Assembly: GCA_027366525.1 (NCBI GenBank)
Contig: DAHXKG010000003.1
Location: 72,097 to 136,096, forward strand
Direction of reading: 5' to 3'
From: a candidate division FCPU426 bacterium
GTDB lineage: Bacteria; Oederibacteriota; Muellerivitia; Muellerivitales; DAHXKG01
DNA length: 64,000 nucleotides
Position 1 is the first letter of the stretch. Each line of letters opens with the position of its first letter. A program made the translations under genes and the position numbers. Below are positions 51,068-61,617 of the stretch, piece by piece. Under the pieces are notes generated by a model. The model searched no databases and had not been told where the DNA came from. It worked only from the letters and a program-made list of their open reading frames with translations.

Positions 51068-51862
51068 ATGGAATCCAAAAATGCTGAAGAAATCAAAGGC
51101 ATTGTTCGTGAACAATATGGGGTCATAGCTGAATCGCAAGGAAGGTCATGTTGTGGAAATAAAAAGGCGGGGTTCTCATATCGAGAAGTACAAGAAGAGT
51201 ATTCCCAACTTCCAGGCTATCAAGTGGAAGCTGATCTCGGGGTAGGATGTGGATTACCAACTCAATTGGCTCAAATTCACCACGGCGATTGGGTATTGGA
51301 TTTAGGTTGTGGAGCTGGTAATGATGTTTTTATTGCGCGCCATTTAGTTGGTGATCAAGGTCGGGTGATTGGGGTCGACATGACTTTTCAAATGATTGAA
51401 AAAGCGAATGCCAACAATAAAAAATTTGGATATTCCAACGTTGAATTTATTTTGGGAGAAATTGAATCGCTTCCCCTTCCCAGTACCTATGTGGATATTG
51501 TAATCAGCAATTGTGTTCTTAACCTTGTCCCCAATAAAAAACAGGCTTTTAAAGAAATATTCCGCGTTCTTAAATTGGGCGGGCATTTTTGTGTTTCAGA
51601 TATTGTGCTTGAGCAAGACCTTCCATTAAACGCGAGGTCAGAAATGGCGCTTTATGCCGGGTGTATTTCAGGTGCCATTCAACGTTCACTTTACCTATCT
51701 TACCTTCAAGAAGCTGGATTTGTTGGAATCCAAGTTCCCAAAAAACGGAAAGTGACCATACCTCAAGAAATACTCTTGAAATACTTCAATACACAAGAAC
51801 TTGAAGCCTGGAACCAAAACAATGGCGTTTATAGTATAACGGTTATAGGGGCCAAACCATAA
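51068..51862 (+). CDS. arsM: Arsenite S-adenosylmethyltransferase
   Basis: SCCG, GVGCGLP, LDLGCGAG, SNCVLNL, GCISGA. Confidence 0.9.
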   Translation: MESKNAEEIKGIVREQYGVIAESQGRSCCGNKKAGFSYREVQEEYSQLPGYQVEADLGVGCGLPTQLAQIHHGDWVLDLGCGAGNDVFIARHLVGDQGRVIGVDMTFQMIEKANANNKKFGYSNVEFILGEIESLPLPSTYVDIVISNCVLNLVPNKKQAFKEIFRVLKLGGHFCVSDIVLEQDLPLNARSEMALYAGCISGAIQRSLYLSYLQEAGFVGIQVPKKRKVTIPQEILLKYFNTQELEAWNQNNGVYSITVIGAKP

Positions 51863-52104
51863 CATTGTTTAGTTAAAAGTGCGACTTAATCGAGTCCCAG
51901 GGATTGTAGATGACACTGAAATAAAAAATTTCCGTAGGATTGATCATGCTGAAAGGGGAATAAAATTGATTGATCAACGTCATAAAAATTTAAAAATTTT
52001 CAAGTCATGATCTTTGATAGAAAATCAAATCTAAAAGGAGTGAAACTTTTTAAAAAATGTGCCGTCTAAATACAACGAAGGATTATATTGAGGAGGAACG
52101 AAAC

Positions 52105-52677
52105 ATGAATAAATGGATTGCAATGGGGTTAATGCTAGTATTTTTGGCAATGACAATTAAGGGGCAGGCTCAGCCTATCTCGGGGAATAATCAAAAATCT
52201 AAAGTTCAAATTCAACAAATTCAAAAGAAAATTTTTGAGGATCAGCTACAGCTTTTGCAAGATCGGCACATACGCCAAAAATTAATGTTCGAAAAATTTC
52301 AGCAAAAAATGCAACAACGATTACTCAAAACGCAAAAAGTTAAGAACTCCATGAAAGCATATTTTTTGGAAAAGAAATTGAAAATCATGAATAGGGTTCA
52401 ACCGATGTTAAATCAATTATACAAATTAAAAGAAGCGTGGTTAAAAGACCGCATCAGTGGAAATTTTAAAGCAGCCACGCAAGCTGAATTCCAGATTTTT
52501 CAACAACGGCGCCAGCTGCATCGTTTTTGGTTTATGAGATTTTATCGCAGAATGCAACGATGGAGTCAGAAGAAAAAATGGAGTTCGAAAATGATGAGTG
52601 AGGGTGGTCATATGGGGCCAATGCGAGGGAATTGGGAGTGTGGTTTAGGCCAATGCGAGCGCATGCAAAATTATTAA
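52105..52677 (+). CDS. Hypothetical secreted Q/K-rich helical protein
   Basis: GAGGAGG RBS, signal peptide, coiled-coil composition. Confidence 0.6.
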   Translation: MNKWIAMGLMLVFLAMTIKGQAQPISGNNQKSKVQIQQIQKKIFEDQLQLLQDRHIRQKLMFEKFQQKMQQRLLKTQKVKNSMKAYFLEKKLKIMNRVQPMLNQLYKLKEAWLKDRISGNFKAATQAEFQIFQQRRQLHRFWFMRFYRRMQRWSQKKKWSSKMMSEGGHMGPMRGNWECGLGQCERMQNY

Positions 52678-52683
52678 AAAAAG

Positions 52684-52713
52684 GCGGAGGAAAATCCAAC
52701 GATTTTCCTCCGC
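52684..52713. terminator. 13-bp perfect stem-loop
   Basis: GCGGAGGAAAATC-caac-GATTTTCCTCCGC with an A-tract upstream. Confidence 0.6.
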
Positions 52714-52820
52714 AGTTAATTTGATAAATAATCAGAATAATAAAGTTAAACATTTTTAGGCTTAGATACGTTACAATGATATTCAAGCATTAAAAATATT
52801 TAGTTTACGAAAGGGAACCA

Positions 52821-53270
52821 ATGAAGAAGAATCAGTTTTATTGTTTAATGGGTGTTCTGATATTTATGGGGATGTTAATTAGTGCTCGCGTGAAAGCCCA
52901 ATCCTCAATGTCGAAAGTTCCGCCCGATTTGCAACGTGCTCAAAAACAACTTTGGAAAGATGAACAACAATTAAATCAAGCTCGATATCAGTTTGCATTA
53001 CTTCGGATGAAATACTTCAAAATTAATCTGGATCAGAAATTACAACGTGAAAAAAGAGAAGGTGATCCCAAAAAGGAAAAATCGTTACAGGAAAAGCTAA
53101 GCTTACTGCCCAATGTAAAAACATTAGTCGATCAGTTGTATCACATGTCTCAAACAGTTCTGAGCTATCAAGAAGCGGGAAGATATGATTTAGCCGACCA
53201 TCTTTCTCAAAAAATTAATAAAAAGAGTCAGGATTTACATCGCTATTTGATGATCATTCGGGGTCGATAA
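52821..53270 (+). CDS. Hypothetical secreted helical protein, apparent paralog of 52105..52677
   Basis: Signal peptide; similar spacing of QK..(F/W).D..QL.Q.R and QLY motifs. Confidence 0.6.
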   Translation: MKKNQFYCLMGVLIFMGMLISARVKAQSSMSKVPPDLQRAQKQLWKDEQQLNQARYQFALLRMKYFKINLDQKLQREKREGDPKKEKSLQEKLSLLPNVKTLVDQLYHMSQTVLSYQEAGRYDLADHLSQKINKKSQDLHRYLMIIRGR

Positions 53271-53292
53271 AAGCAATTGTTGATGGCGACTG

Positions 53293-53907
53293 TCAAAAAG
53301 GCAAAAGAACCCTGCGGTCTAACGTAGCAATGACCGCAGGTTTTTTTTGATATAAACCCGTCATGGATTTTTCAAATCGGATTTTTAACTTTCGGTGGAA
53401 TCGCGGTGTTGATATTAAAAGTTTTCCAGTTGTGTTTTTAGATAAGTAAAGATTCTTTTTCAATCGAATGGTAAACAGGGTTTTAAATGAAGTGTCTTTT
53501 GGAAAAGGTGCTTGAGATAGATTAAGGGCCAGCGATTTCGTTCCATATCGCGCAATCCACGAAGCGGAATCTTTGGGATGAAGAAAATTATGAATAGTTC
53601 CCGCTAGACAATCCGTGTGATTAACGATTGCGTACAGCTTACAGTTAGAAGTGACTAATTTTTTACGCAGAAGATGTCGAAAGGCCACGCGTAATTGATC
53701 CCAATATCGGAAAACAAGATCTTCAAACTGTTCGACCCAAACTTTAATTTTGGGTTCAGCCGTGATCCATCCCTTGGCATAGTTATCATATCCCGCCGGA
53801 TCCAAATGATGTTCATCAATAATGATTTGATGTGCTTTACTGGATATATAGATATGATCCTGCAGGTCAACCAAAAATTTTTGCTCTTGAGTTAATATAT
53901 TTCCCAT
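53293..53907 (-). CDS. Hypothetical protein
   Basis: About 200-codon ORF without a competing frame; start uncertain. Confidence 0.45.
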   Translation of the reverse strand: MGNILTQEQKFLVDLQDHIYISSKAHQIIIDEHHLDPAGYDNYAKGWITAEPKIKVWVEQFEDLVFRYWDQLRVAFRHLLRKKLVTSNCKLYAIVNHTDCLAGTIHNFLHPKDSASWIARYGTKSLALNLSQAPFPKDTSFKTLFTIRLKKNLYLSKNTTGKLLISTPRFHRKLKIRFEKSMTGLYQKKPAVIATLDRRVLLPF

Positions 53908-53991
53908 GAATCTATTATATCCTAAAGACTCATAAAAATTGAGTTTTTTATAAAAGGGGGTTTTCAGAGTGTGTGAGAAGTTATAGAATTT

Positions 53992-54690
53992 ATGAAGCAA
54001 AGTGGAAAGAGAAAAATGAATTTGCTTAATCCTAAAATGGCGGTTGCAGTTGATTTAGTTGTATTTACAGTTGCGGCACGATCGCTGCAAGTATTATTGA
54101 CGCAGCGGCAAGAAGAACCGTTCAAAAATCTTCGGGCGCTCCCCGCCTCGATTATCCATCTGAGTGAAACATTAGACGAAGCAGCTCGGCGTATTCTGCG
54201 GATGATTGCCAAAAGTGAAAATGTTTATTTAGAACAACTGTATTCGTTTAGTCATCCGCGCCGCGATCCCCGGGGGCGTGTGGTGACCGTGGCTTATTTT
54301 GCCTTAGTTAAAGCTGAAAAAGTGGCTTTAATTCCCCAATCAAGCGCAATCTGGTATCCAATCGATGCATTGGAAAAACTTGCATTTGATCACCAAGAAA
54401 TTATTCAATATGCCCTAGAACGATTAAGAAATAAATTAGAGTACACTACGGCGGCGTTTCAATTGCTATCGCAGCGTTTTACATTATCGGAACTCCAAGG
54501 TATATATGAAATTGTGTTGGGAAAAAAAATTGATAAACGCAATTTTAGAAAAAAACTTAAAGCCCTAAATATTTTGAAAGATTGCGGAATGGTTAAGCGA
54601 GAAGGCAATCATCGTCCAGCGCGACTTTATACTTTTTCAGAATTCCGTTTTATTAAGCTGAGAGATCGAGGGATTCTTTTTCCTTTTTAG
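53992..54690 (+). CDS. nrtR: NrtR-family Nudix-wHTH transcriptional regulator
   Basis: VAVDLVVF, YLEQLY, RDPRGRVVTVAY, LAFDH, FTLSELQ, DKRNFRKK, RPARLY. Confidence 0.88.
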   Translation: MKQSGKRKMNLLNPKMAVAVDLVVFTVAARSLQVLLTQRQEEPFKNLRALPASIIHLSETLDEAARRILRMIAKSENVYLEQLYSFSHPRRDPRGRVVTVAYFALVKAEKVALIPQSSAIWYPIDALEKLAFDHQEIIQYALERLRNKLEYTTAAFQLLSQRFTLSELQGIYEIVLGKKIDKRNFRKKLKALNILKDCGMVKREGNHRPARLYTFSEFRFIKLRDRGILFPF

Positions 54691-55154
54691 TTTGGGTAAG
54701 GAGCATAGTATGATGAAAATCAGAATTGCGACGATGAATATTTTGTTGGTAAAAGTTGATATTTTGAGGATAAACAGCATACAATAAACGAATAGATCAT
54801 TGATTTCAAATTTATATCAATTTCCAAATTCGAGCAAAAAATTTGGATGGGATCCGTTCTGCAAAAAGTCATTTCCTTTTTTGAAATCAAAAGGAATTTA
54901 TATAAAAAATTAGGAATTTGAATTTAGGTATTGAATCGATTTAAACTCCATGACAAGAACATCAGTGCAGTAATTAATATCAAAGCAATAAGGTTAAAAC
55001 ATACGGTGGGGAGTACCGGAATTAACGCTTCTGGAGAGCAAGCAATTGTGGCTCACTCGTTGAAAGAAGAATATATACAGGCCTTGATTCGTAACAACGC
55101 TTCAATGCCTCAAGTATATAATTCCCAAAAATTATTAGGTGGAGGAATGGATTT

Positions 55155-56582
55155 ATGACAATTGAATCAAAAAAGGCATCTTTGGGATTAATCGGATTGG
55201 CAGTCATGGGACAGAATTTAGCTTTGAATATTGCGGATCATGGATTTCCCATTGCTGTTTTTACGCATACAGTATCGAAAGTCTCGGATTTTATTGCAAA
55301 AAATCCTCACAAGAATTTAATCGGAACCAAAAGTTTGGAAGAACTCGTGCAGGTTTTAGAAAAGCCACGACGTTTAATTTTAATGATTAAGGCAGGGGAT
55401 CCAGTCGATGAGATGATCGCAAAATTAAAGCCATTATTAGAAGCCGGAGACATCATTATTGATGGTGGGAATTCTTGGTTTAAGGATACCCAGCGACGCG
55501 AAGCCGAATTATCCAAAGTTAATTTAAATTTTTTTGGATCAGGCGTTTCTGGAGGAGAGGAAGGCGCTCGATTGGGGCCTTCTTTAATGCCGGGAGGCAG
55601 TCGCGAAGCATATGAAAAAGTTCGTCCAGTATTTGAAGCCATAGCGGCTCAAACAAATTCAGGGCCATGTGTGACCTACGTGGGACCGAATGGGGCCGGT
55701 CATTTTGTTAAAATGATTCATAATGGGATTGAATATGGCGACATGCAACTGATTGCAGAAGCTTATGATCTCCTTAAGCGTGTCGTAGGGTTATCGAATA
55801 CAGAGTTAGCGGAGGTGTTCCAGAAATGGAATCAGGGTATTTTATCCTCTTTTTTAATTGAAATTACGGCTAAAATTTTTTCAGTGATGGATCCGGAAAC
55901 TAAAAAACCATTAGTGGATTTAATTTTAGACCAAGCGGGACAAAAGGGGACGGGAAAGTGGACGGTACAAATTGCCATGGAATTGGGTGTAGCGATTCCA
56001 ACCATCACTGCGGCCATTGATTCAAGGGCCATTTCAAGCATGAAGGAAGAACGGGTAGCAGCTGCTCAGCGCATTCCAGGGCCAGCAGTTCATTTGAAAA
56101 CGGAAGAAAAAAAGCAATGGATACAAGCCATTCATGATGCGCTTTATGCTTCAAAAATTTGTTCCTATGCCCAAGGGATGCGATTAATTCAAGAAGGTTC
56201 TAAAACATATCATTGGAATATTAATTTAAGAGAAACTGCTCGAATTTGGAAAGGCGGGTGCATTATCCGCGCAGTCTTTTTGGATTCTATTATGAAAGCT
56301 TTTGAGAAAAACAATAATTTGCCAAGCTTGATATTGGATGATGCTTTTCTTTCTAAAATTGTTGATTCAGAAGCTTCATGGAGAAAAACAGTAGCTTTGG
56401 CAGTGGAAAACGGAATCCCAGTACCTTCTATGAGCGCGAGTTTAGCTTATTTTGATAGCTATCGAACAGCACAACTGCCACAAAACTTGACCCAGGCACA
56501 ACGGGATTTATTTGGGGCTCATACCTTTCAACGAATCGATCACCCAGAAAGAGGATTTGTACATTTTGAGTGGTTAAAGTAG
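55155..56582 (+). CDS. gnd: 6-phosphogluconate dehydrogenase (decarboxylating)
   Basis: GLAVMGQN, DGGNS, GVSGGEEGA, KMIHNGIEY, QAQRDLFGAHT. Confidence 0.97.
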   Translation: MTIESKKASLGLIGLAVMGQNLALNIADHGFPIAVFTHTVSKVSDFIAKNPHKNLIGTKSLEELVQVLEKPRRLILMIKAGDPVDEMIAKLKPLLEAGDIIIDGGNSWFKDTQRREAELSKVNLNFFGSGVSGGEEGARLGPSLMPGGSREAYEKVRPVFEAIAAQTNSGPCVTYVGPNGAGHFVKMIHNGIEYGDMQLIAEAYDLLKRVVGLSNTELAEVFQKWNQGILSSFLIEITAKIFSVMDPETKKPLVDLILDQAGQKGTGKWTVQIAMELGVAIPTITAAIDSRAISSMKEERVAAAQRIPGPAVHLKTEEKKQWIQAIHDALYASKICSYAQGMRLIQEGSKTYHWNINLRETARIWKGGCIIRAVFLDSIMKAFEKNNNLPSLILDDAFLSKIVDSEASWRKTVALAVENGIPVPSMSASLAYFDSYRTAQLPQNLTQAQRDLFGAHTFQRIDHPERGFVHFEWLK

Positions 56583-56633
56583 AATGAGATCTCAAGGTAA
56601 TACAGTTTAATTCAGTCCCAAGGAGAAGAGTTT

Positions 56634-57218
56634 ATGCGCATCAATCCTAAAATTTTGATTTTAAGCTTAGGTCTTTTGTTAATGCCACTTTATGCGTTAG
56701 CAACACGAATTGATTATGGCGTAAAAGTGGGATTAAATGTTTCAAGTCTTTACGGAAGTGCAATTTTAAATGCAGTAAAGTACAAAAATGGATTGACGGT
56801 GGGAGGGTTTGTAACCATTCCGATATTGGATCCAATAGCCATTGAACCTGAAGTTCTGTTCTCTCAAGAGGGGGGGCAAAGTTCAACGGGCTCGGTTCAA
56901 TTAAACTATATTGAAGTACCGCTTTTGATTAAATGTTATTTAATTGATAATGGACCAATTCGGCCAAATATCTATGTCGGTCCCGATATCGGTGCCCTTT
57001 TAAGTGCTCAATCAACAGTGAACTCCGTATCAGGAAATTTAAAAAGCCAAATTGATAGTGCCGATTATGGCATTGTTATAGGTGGCGGCTTAGATATTAA
57101 TCCATTTACCATCGAGTTTCGTTATACGGCAGGGGAGCGACAAATTTCCAATATGGCAAGTGTGTCAAACCTAAAAAATGGAGTGAAGTCTATTTTAGTC
57201 GGACTTAATTTTAATTAA
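56634..57218 (+). CDS. Outer-membrane beta-barrel protein (porin/PorT-like)
   Basis: Signal peptide, GVKVGLN, EPEVLFSQEG, YIEVP, terminal aromatic motif. Confidence 0.8.
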   Translation: MRINPKILILSLGLLLMPLYALATRIDYGVKVGLNVSSLYGSAILNAVKYKNGLTVGGFVTIPILDPIAIEPEVLFSQEGGQSSTGSVQLNYIEVPLLIKCYLIDNGPIRPNIYVGPDIGALLSAQSTVNSVSGNLKSQIDSADYGIVIGGGLDINPFTIEFRYTAGERQISNMASVSNLKNGVKSILVGLNFN

Positions 57219-57269
57219 ATTTTAAAGCAAATAAAAAATCTATAATTTTAACGAATTATAGATTTTTTA

Positions 57270-58499
57270 TTGAATGGACCTCATATAAAAAAAAAGCTAC
57301 ATCGAAATATTAAGGCCGTAGGGTGGGCCAGTCTCGTGAATGATATTTCCAGTGAGATGATTTATCCGCTGCTTCCGATATTTCTTACTTCAGTTTTAGG
57401 GGCTCCAGCTTTAGCACTCGGGGTGATTGAAGGGCTAGCGGATACGTTGTCAGCCTGTATGAAATGGTTTTCAGGCGTTTTAACAGACCATTTTCATATG
57501 CGAAAACCCTTTATAGTTGCGGGTTATGTTCTGTCAGGGCTGGTGCGACCCTTAATGGGCATCACTCAAACTTGGCAACAAGTGCTTCAGTTGCGAATTA
57601 CGGATCGATTGGGCAAAGGTGTAAGAGCTTCAGCCCGAGATGCCCTGATCACTGAAAATGTAAATGCGAATCAGCGTGGAAAAGCTTTTGGATTTGATCG
57701 AGCCATGGATCATGCTGGCGCTGCTTTAGGACCCTTAATTGCTGCCGGTTTATTTTATTTCTTCCATTGGTCGATTCGAAAAATATTTTTATGTGCATTG
57801 ATTCCAGCCGGTATTGTCTTTGTAATTCTTTGGATTGGAATTAAGGAGAAAAAAAAAACACGCACGACCAAATCGACGCAACCAATATCATTTTTAAAAG
57901 CGGCTCAATTTTATGGATTAGGAACAACATTTAAGCTGTTTTTAGTTGCTGTTTTCATTTTTACACTAGGGAATTCTACCGATGCCTTTCTGATCCTCCG
58001 GCTATCTAATCTTGGAGTGTCCGCAGCTGGAATTGGATTACTATGGACATGCTTCCATTTAATTAAAATGGGAACCACGTATTGGGGTGGAAAACTTTCA
58101 GATACATGGAATAAGAAAGTTATGAATGGAATAGGATGGTTATTCTATGCGAGTGTATATTTTGGGTTTTCGTGGATTGATAAAACCAATAGCTTTATAA
58201 CTTTGTTTTTAATTTATGGAATTTATTTTGGACTTACGGAACCGACGGAACGGGCACTAGTGGCTGAATTTTCTGGAGAAAATGAACGTGGAGTGGCGTT
58301 TGGTTTCTACCATGCAGCGGTTGGAATTGGGACTTTTCCGGCCAGTCTTTTATTTGGGTGGATATATCAAGTTTGGGGATTTTCCAGCGCCTTTAAAGTT
58401 GGAGCAGGGTTAGCTTTTGTAGCGGCGGTAATCTTGTTGATTATTCCGAAATCCAAAATCGAAGTAAAAAAAATGCATTTATCTAAAATTAAAAATTAA
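57270..58499 (+). CDS. MFS transporter
   Basis: DISSEMIYPLLP, DRLGKGVR...RDALI, about 12 TMs. Confidence 0.9.
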   Translation: MNGPHIKKKLHRNIKAVGWASLVNDISSEMIYPLLPIFLTSVLGAPALALGVIEGLADTLSACMKWFSGVLTDHFHMRKPFIVAGYVLSGLVRPLMGITQTWQQVLQLRITDRLGKGVRASARDALITENVNANQRGKAFGFDRAMDHAGAALGPLIAAGLFYFFHWSIRKIFLCALIPAGIVFVILWIGIKEKKKTRTTKSTQPISFLKAAQFYGLGTTFKLFLVAVFIFTLGNSTDAFLILRLSNLGVSAAGIGLLWTCFHLIKMGTTYWGGKLSDTWNKKVMNGIGWLFYASVYFGFSWIDKTNSFITLFLIYGIYFGLTEPTERALVAEFSGENERGVAFGFYHAAVGIGTFPASLLFGWIYQVWGFSSAFKVGAGLAFVAAVILLIIPKSKIEVKKMHLSKIKN

Positions 58500-58697
58500 C
58501 TAATCTTGCACGCATGACGTTTGGGTTCGCAAACAAAAACGGATGAGTCGTGGGATGTTTTAAAACAGTGCTTAAGCACGGTTGGATCTAAATTACCCAT
58601 AATGTATAGTTAATCCTTTTAATAGCAAACATAGCTAATGGATGGTGGTAAGATTCATAAATTTTCATCAAGGATTATAGCTAGGATAAATAAAACC

Positions 58698-60524
58698 TCA
58701 TCGAATCCAATGAGGGAGAGCAAGAGTGAGGAAGGGGACAAAAGTAATCAAAAGCACCATAATGTGTAAGATAATATACATTGGTAAAACCGATTGATAT
58801 ACTTCAGACATTGGCTTTTTAAATCGATAAGAGGACAGAAATAAATTAAGCCCTAAAGGTGGAGCAAGAAATCCAAGTTCCATATTTGCTAAAAAAATGA
58901 TGCCGAGATGAACAGGATTAATGTGAAAGGCAGCTCCTAATGGTACTAAGAGCGGAACGACTACCACAATGGCTGCAAAAATTTCTAAAAGACTTCCAAC
59001 AATGATTAAAAGAATATTAAGAATAATTAAAAAAAGCCAAGTGGAATGAATGGACGATTGAACCCAATGAACTAAGTGATTCGGAATGCGTGCAGCAACC
59101 ATGTAATTCGTAAAACCAAGTGAAACGCCTAAAATCAATAAAACGCCTCCAACTAAAATGCCGCATTCAGCAATCACCCGAAAAAGATGTTGATTAAACT
59201 TTAGATTTCTGTAAATCAATAATTCAATGAGAAATGTATAAAGTGCAGTAAGCGCTGCGGATTCGACAAGCGTTGTTTTAATAACAAATAAAAAAATAAA
59301 AATAAGGAAAGGGAGGAAAAGCTCGAATTTAGCATCATTAATTGCTGCAAAAGTTTCTGACCATTGAAAAGTATGACGTTGAACTTCGAGTTTGGAGCCC
59401 TTATGAATACCCCACCACATCGTAAGAATTAAAAGCAAAACCCCAGGAATAAGACCACCTAAAAAAAGTTGATTAATAGGGGTATGTGACACAATGCCAT
59501 ATAGAATGACCGGGAGGCTAGGCGGAAAAAGCATGCCTAAGGAGCCTGCAGAAGTTAAAAGTCCCAGCGAGTCCCGTTCACTATACTTTTCTGCCAGTAA
59601 AATAGGCATAAGGAGGCCGCCTAGAGCAAGAATGGTGACGCCGGATCCACCCGTTAACGCAGTAAAGAAAGCACAGGCCAATGCGGTAACAATAGCCGAG
59701 CCTCCTCGAAACGAACCAAATAAAGACTGAAAAACACGCAGGAGCCGTTTGGAAGCGCCACCTTCGGCTAATAGATAGCCTGTTAATGTAAAAAGGGGGA
59801 TGGTAGGAATTGTTGGAGAAACAACCATCTGGGATGTTTCAGCGGGGATTGAATCAATGGGAACACTCGAATTCCAAATTAATAGGAGTGCGGCTCCGCC
59901 AAGGGCAATAAAAATAGGTGCTCCCAATAGGATGGAGATTAAAAGCAGCCCAAATCCGAGAATGATTAAAAATGAAGGGGGATGATGAATTAAGGCAGAT
60001 CCACTAAAGAGGCAAGCCGAAAGAATTAGTGTACCAAATCGGCTTTTCCAGGATGAAGCAGAATGAAAAATAAGACGAAAAAAAATCAAGAAAAAACCGA
60101 TGGGTAAAATGGCTTCAATGATCCAGGCAGCAATGCCACAAACATGATCCCCACCTACGCTTGCATTAATTGCCACTAGTTGATAACTGGCTAAGGCTAA
60201 ATATAATGTAATGGCTCCAGCAAACGCGGACGTAAAAATATGAACGATTGATTTAAAGCGTTCGGGAATCAACCAAGAAGAACTTGAAAGGGTTAAAAGC
60301 TTTTTCTCCCGAGCCGCAATAGCGCCACCTAACATCATGATAACTAACGTTAGATATTGAACAAGTACCAGAGAATCTGGAATTAAATAAACTTTGAAAA
60401 CACGAGAAATAATATCAAAGATTGGCAGGCCAATCATGAGAATGAAAAAACATCCCAGGATAATGTCTTCTAGTTGATGCCAGAATGAACGTGGTTGTAA
60501 AGAAACTAACTCACTCGACTCCAT
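58698..60524 (-). CDS. TRAP transporter fused DctQ-DctM permease
   Basis: N-terminal 4-TM small-subunit region; IPLFTL.G, GSLGMLFPPS, PPLGLNLF. Confidence 0.9.
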   Translation of the reverse strand: MESSELVSLQPRSFWHQLEDIILGCFFILMIGLPIFDIISRVFKVYLIPDSLVLVQYLTLVIMMLGGAIAAREKKLLTLSSSSWLIPERFKSIVHIFTSAFAGAITLYLALASYQLVAINASVGGDHVCGIAAWIIEAILPIGFFLIFFRLIFHSASSWKSRFGTLILSACLFSGSALIHHPPSFLIILGFGLLLISILLGAPIFIALGGAALLLIWNSSVPIDSIPAETSQMVVSPTIPTIPLFTLTGYLLAEGGASKRLLRVFQSLFGSFRGGSAIVTALACAFFTALTGGSGVTILALGGLLMPILLAEKYSERDSLGLLTSAGSLGMLFPPSLPVILYGIVSHTPINQLFLGGLIPGVLLLILTMWWGIHKGSKLEVQRHTFQWSETFAAINDAKFELFLPFLIFIFLFVIKTTLVESAALTALYTFLIELLIYRNLKFNQHLFRVIAECGILVGGVLLILGVSLGFTNYMVAARIPNHLVHWVQSSIHSTWLFLIILNILLIIVGSLLEIFAAIVVVVPLLVPLGAAFHINPVHLGIIFLANMELGFLAPPLGLNLFLSSYRFKKPMSEVYQSVLPMYIILHIMVLLITFVPFLTLALPHWIR

Positions 60525-60553
60525 CAAAGCTCCTTAAAGTATACATCCCATTT

Positions 60554-61582
60554 TTAGTTTATAGGAGTAGGATGAAGTTTTCGATATTGGGTTCGATAAA
60601 TAATGGCTTTTTGAAAAGCTTGCACTGGGAAAAGTTGACCGATCATTTTAGGGTAAGCTTTCAGAAATAGTGATTCCCAAGACGATTTTTGAGCTGCAGT
60701 CAAATGGACCACTTTTAACCCTTTCTTTTTCATCACATGAATGGCTTCATGATCTTCCTTTTTAATGCTATTGATAAACTGGATTCCGGCTTGGTGTGCT
60801 GCATGTAGAATAGCCGGTCGATCTTCTGGCGGAATAGAATCCCATGCTTTTAAAGTCATGATGGTAGCGCCGACTAAAGGGGCAAATTTTAAATCCGTCA
60901 TGTAATGTGCTAAGGCAAACCACTGAAAAGAAAGTGCAGTTAAAGGAGTGGTATCAAAGGAATTAATTAATCCAGTTTGAAGGCCAGGCATAATATCGGT
61001 TGCCGCCAATGGAACCGGGTGAAATCCAGCAGATTGCCAAAGGGATAGAGCGCGATTATCACCCGCCCAAATAAAAAAATTCATTTTTTTAAGATCGGCA
61101 GGTGTTGCAATTGGTTTTTTTCCAAAAAAACGAATCCAACCGGCATTGCCCCAGTTTAAAATAACAAACCCTTTTTTTAAAAAGCGTTTTTTCAAATAGG
61201 GCTTCATGTGGTTTAAAACAAAGTTTAGTTCACTATATGACCGGTACATCATTGGTGTTGCAAGTACAAAGGCAGAACGATCGATACTGGACAAACCGGC
61301 AACCGTCAAAAGACACGCTTGAATTTGACCGATGCGCATTTTCTGAATCATATCGGATTCATCGCCTAGAATGCCGCTGGGATAAACAATCAGGCGAACT
61401 CCTCCATCGGGGGCTTGGGCCCATTTTTGACCCATTTGTTTAAGGGTTAGATACCAAGACGATCCTTGTGGGGCAAGAGTTCCTAGGCGGATAATCGTTT
61501 TTGAAAATCCTAGTGTCGATAACGATAAAATGCCTATAAAAGATAATTGAAAAAACCAAAAATGCTTTATTTTTAATAACAC
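60554..61582 (-). CDS. dctP: TRAP substrate-binding protein DctP (TatP type)
   Basis: LGTLAPQGSSW, GDESDMIQKMRIGQ, LQTGLI. Confidence 0.9.
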   Translation of the reverse strand: MLLKIKHFWFFQLSFIGILSLSTLGFSKTIIRLGTLAPQGSSWYLTLKQMGQKWAQAPDGGVRLIVYPSGILGDESDMIQKMRIGQIQACLLTVAGLSSIDRSAFVLATPMMYRSYSELNFVLNHMKPYLKKRFLKKGFVILNWGNAGWIRFFGKKPIATPADLKKMNFFIWAGDNRALSLWQSAGFHPVPLAATDIMPGLQTGLINSFDTTPLTALSFQWFALAHYMTDLKFAPLVGATIMTLKAWDSIPPEDRPAILHAAHQAGIQFINSIKKEDHEAIHVMKKKGLKVVHLTAAQKSSWESLFLKAYPKMIGQLFPVQAFQKAIIYRTQYRKLHPTPIN

Positions 61583-61617
61583 GGCAGACTCCTTAATAAT
61601 GATTTGAAATTAAAATT

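Noticed and set aside
54931..55158. 75-aa ORF upstream of gnd
   Set aside because: TTG start with weak RBS and no recognisable motif; cannot be supported.
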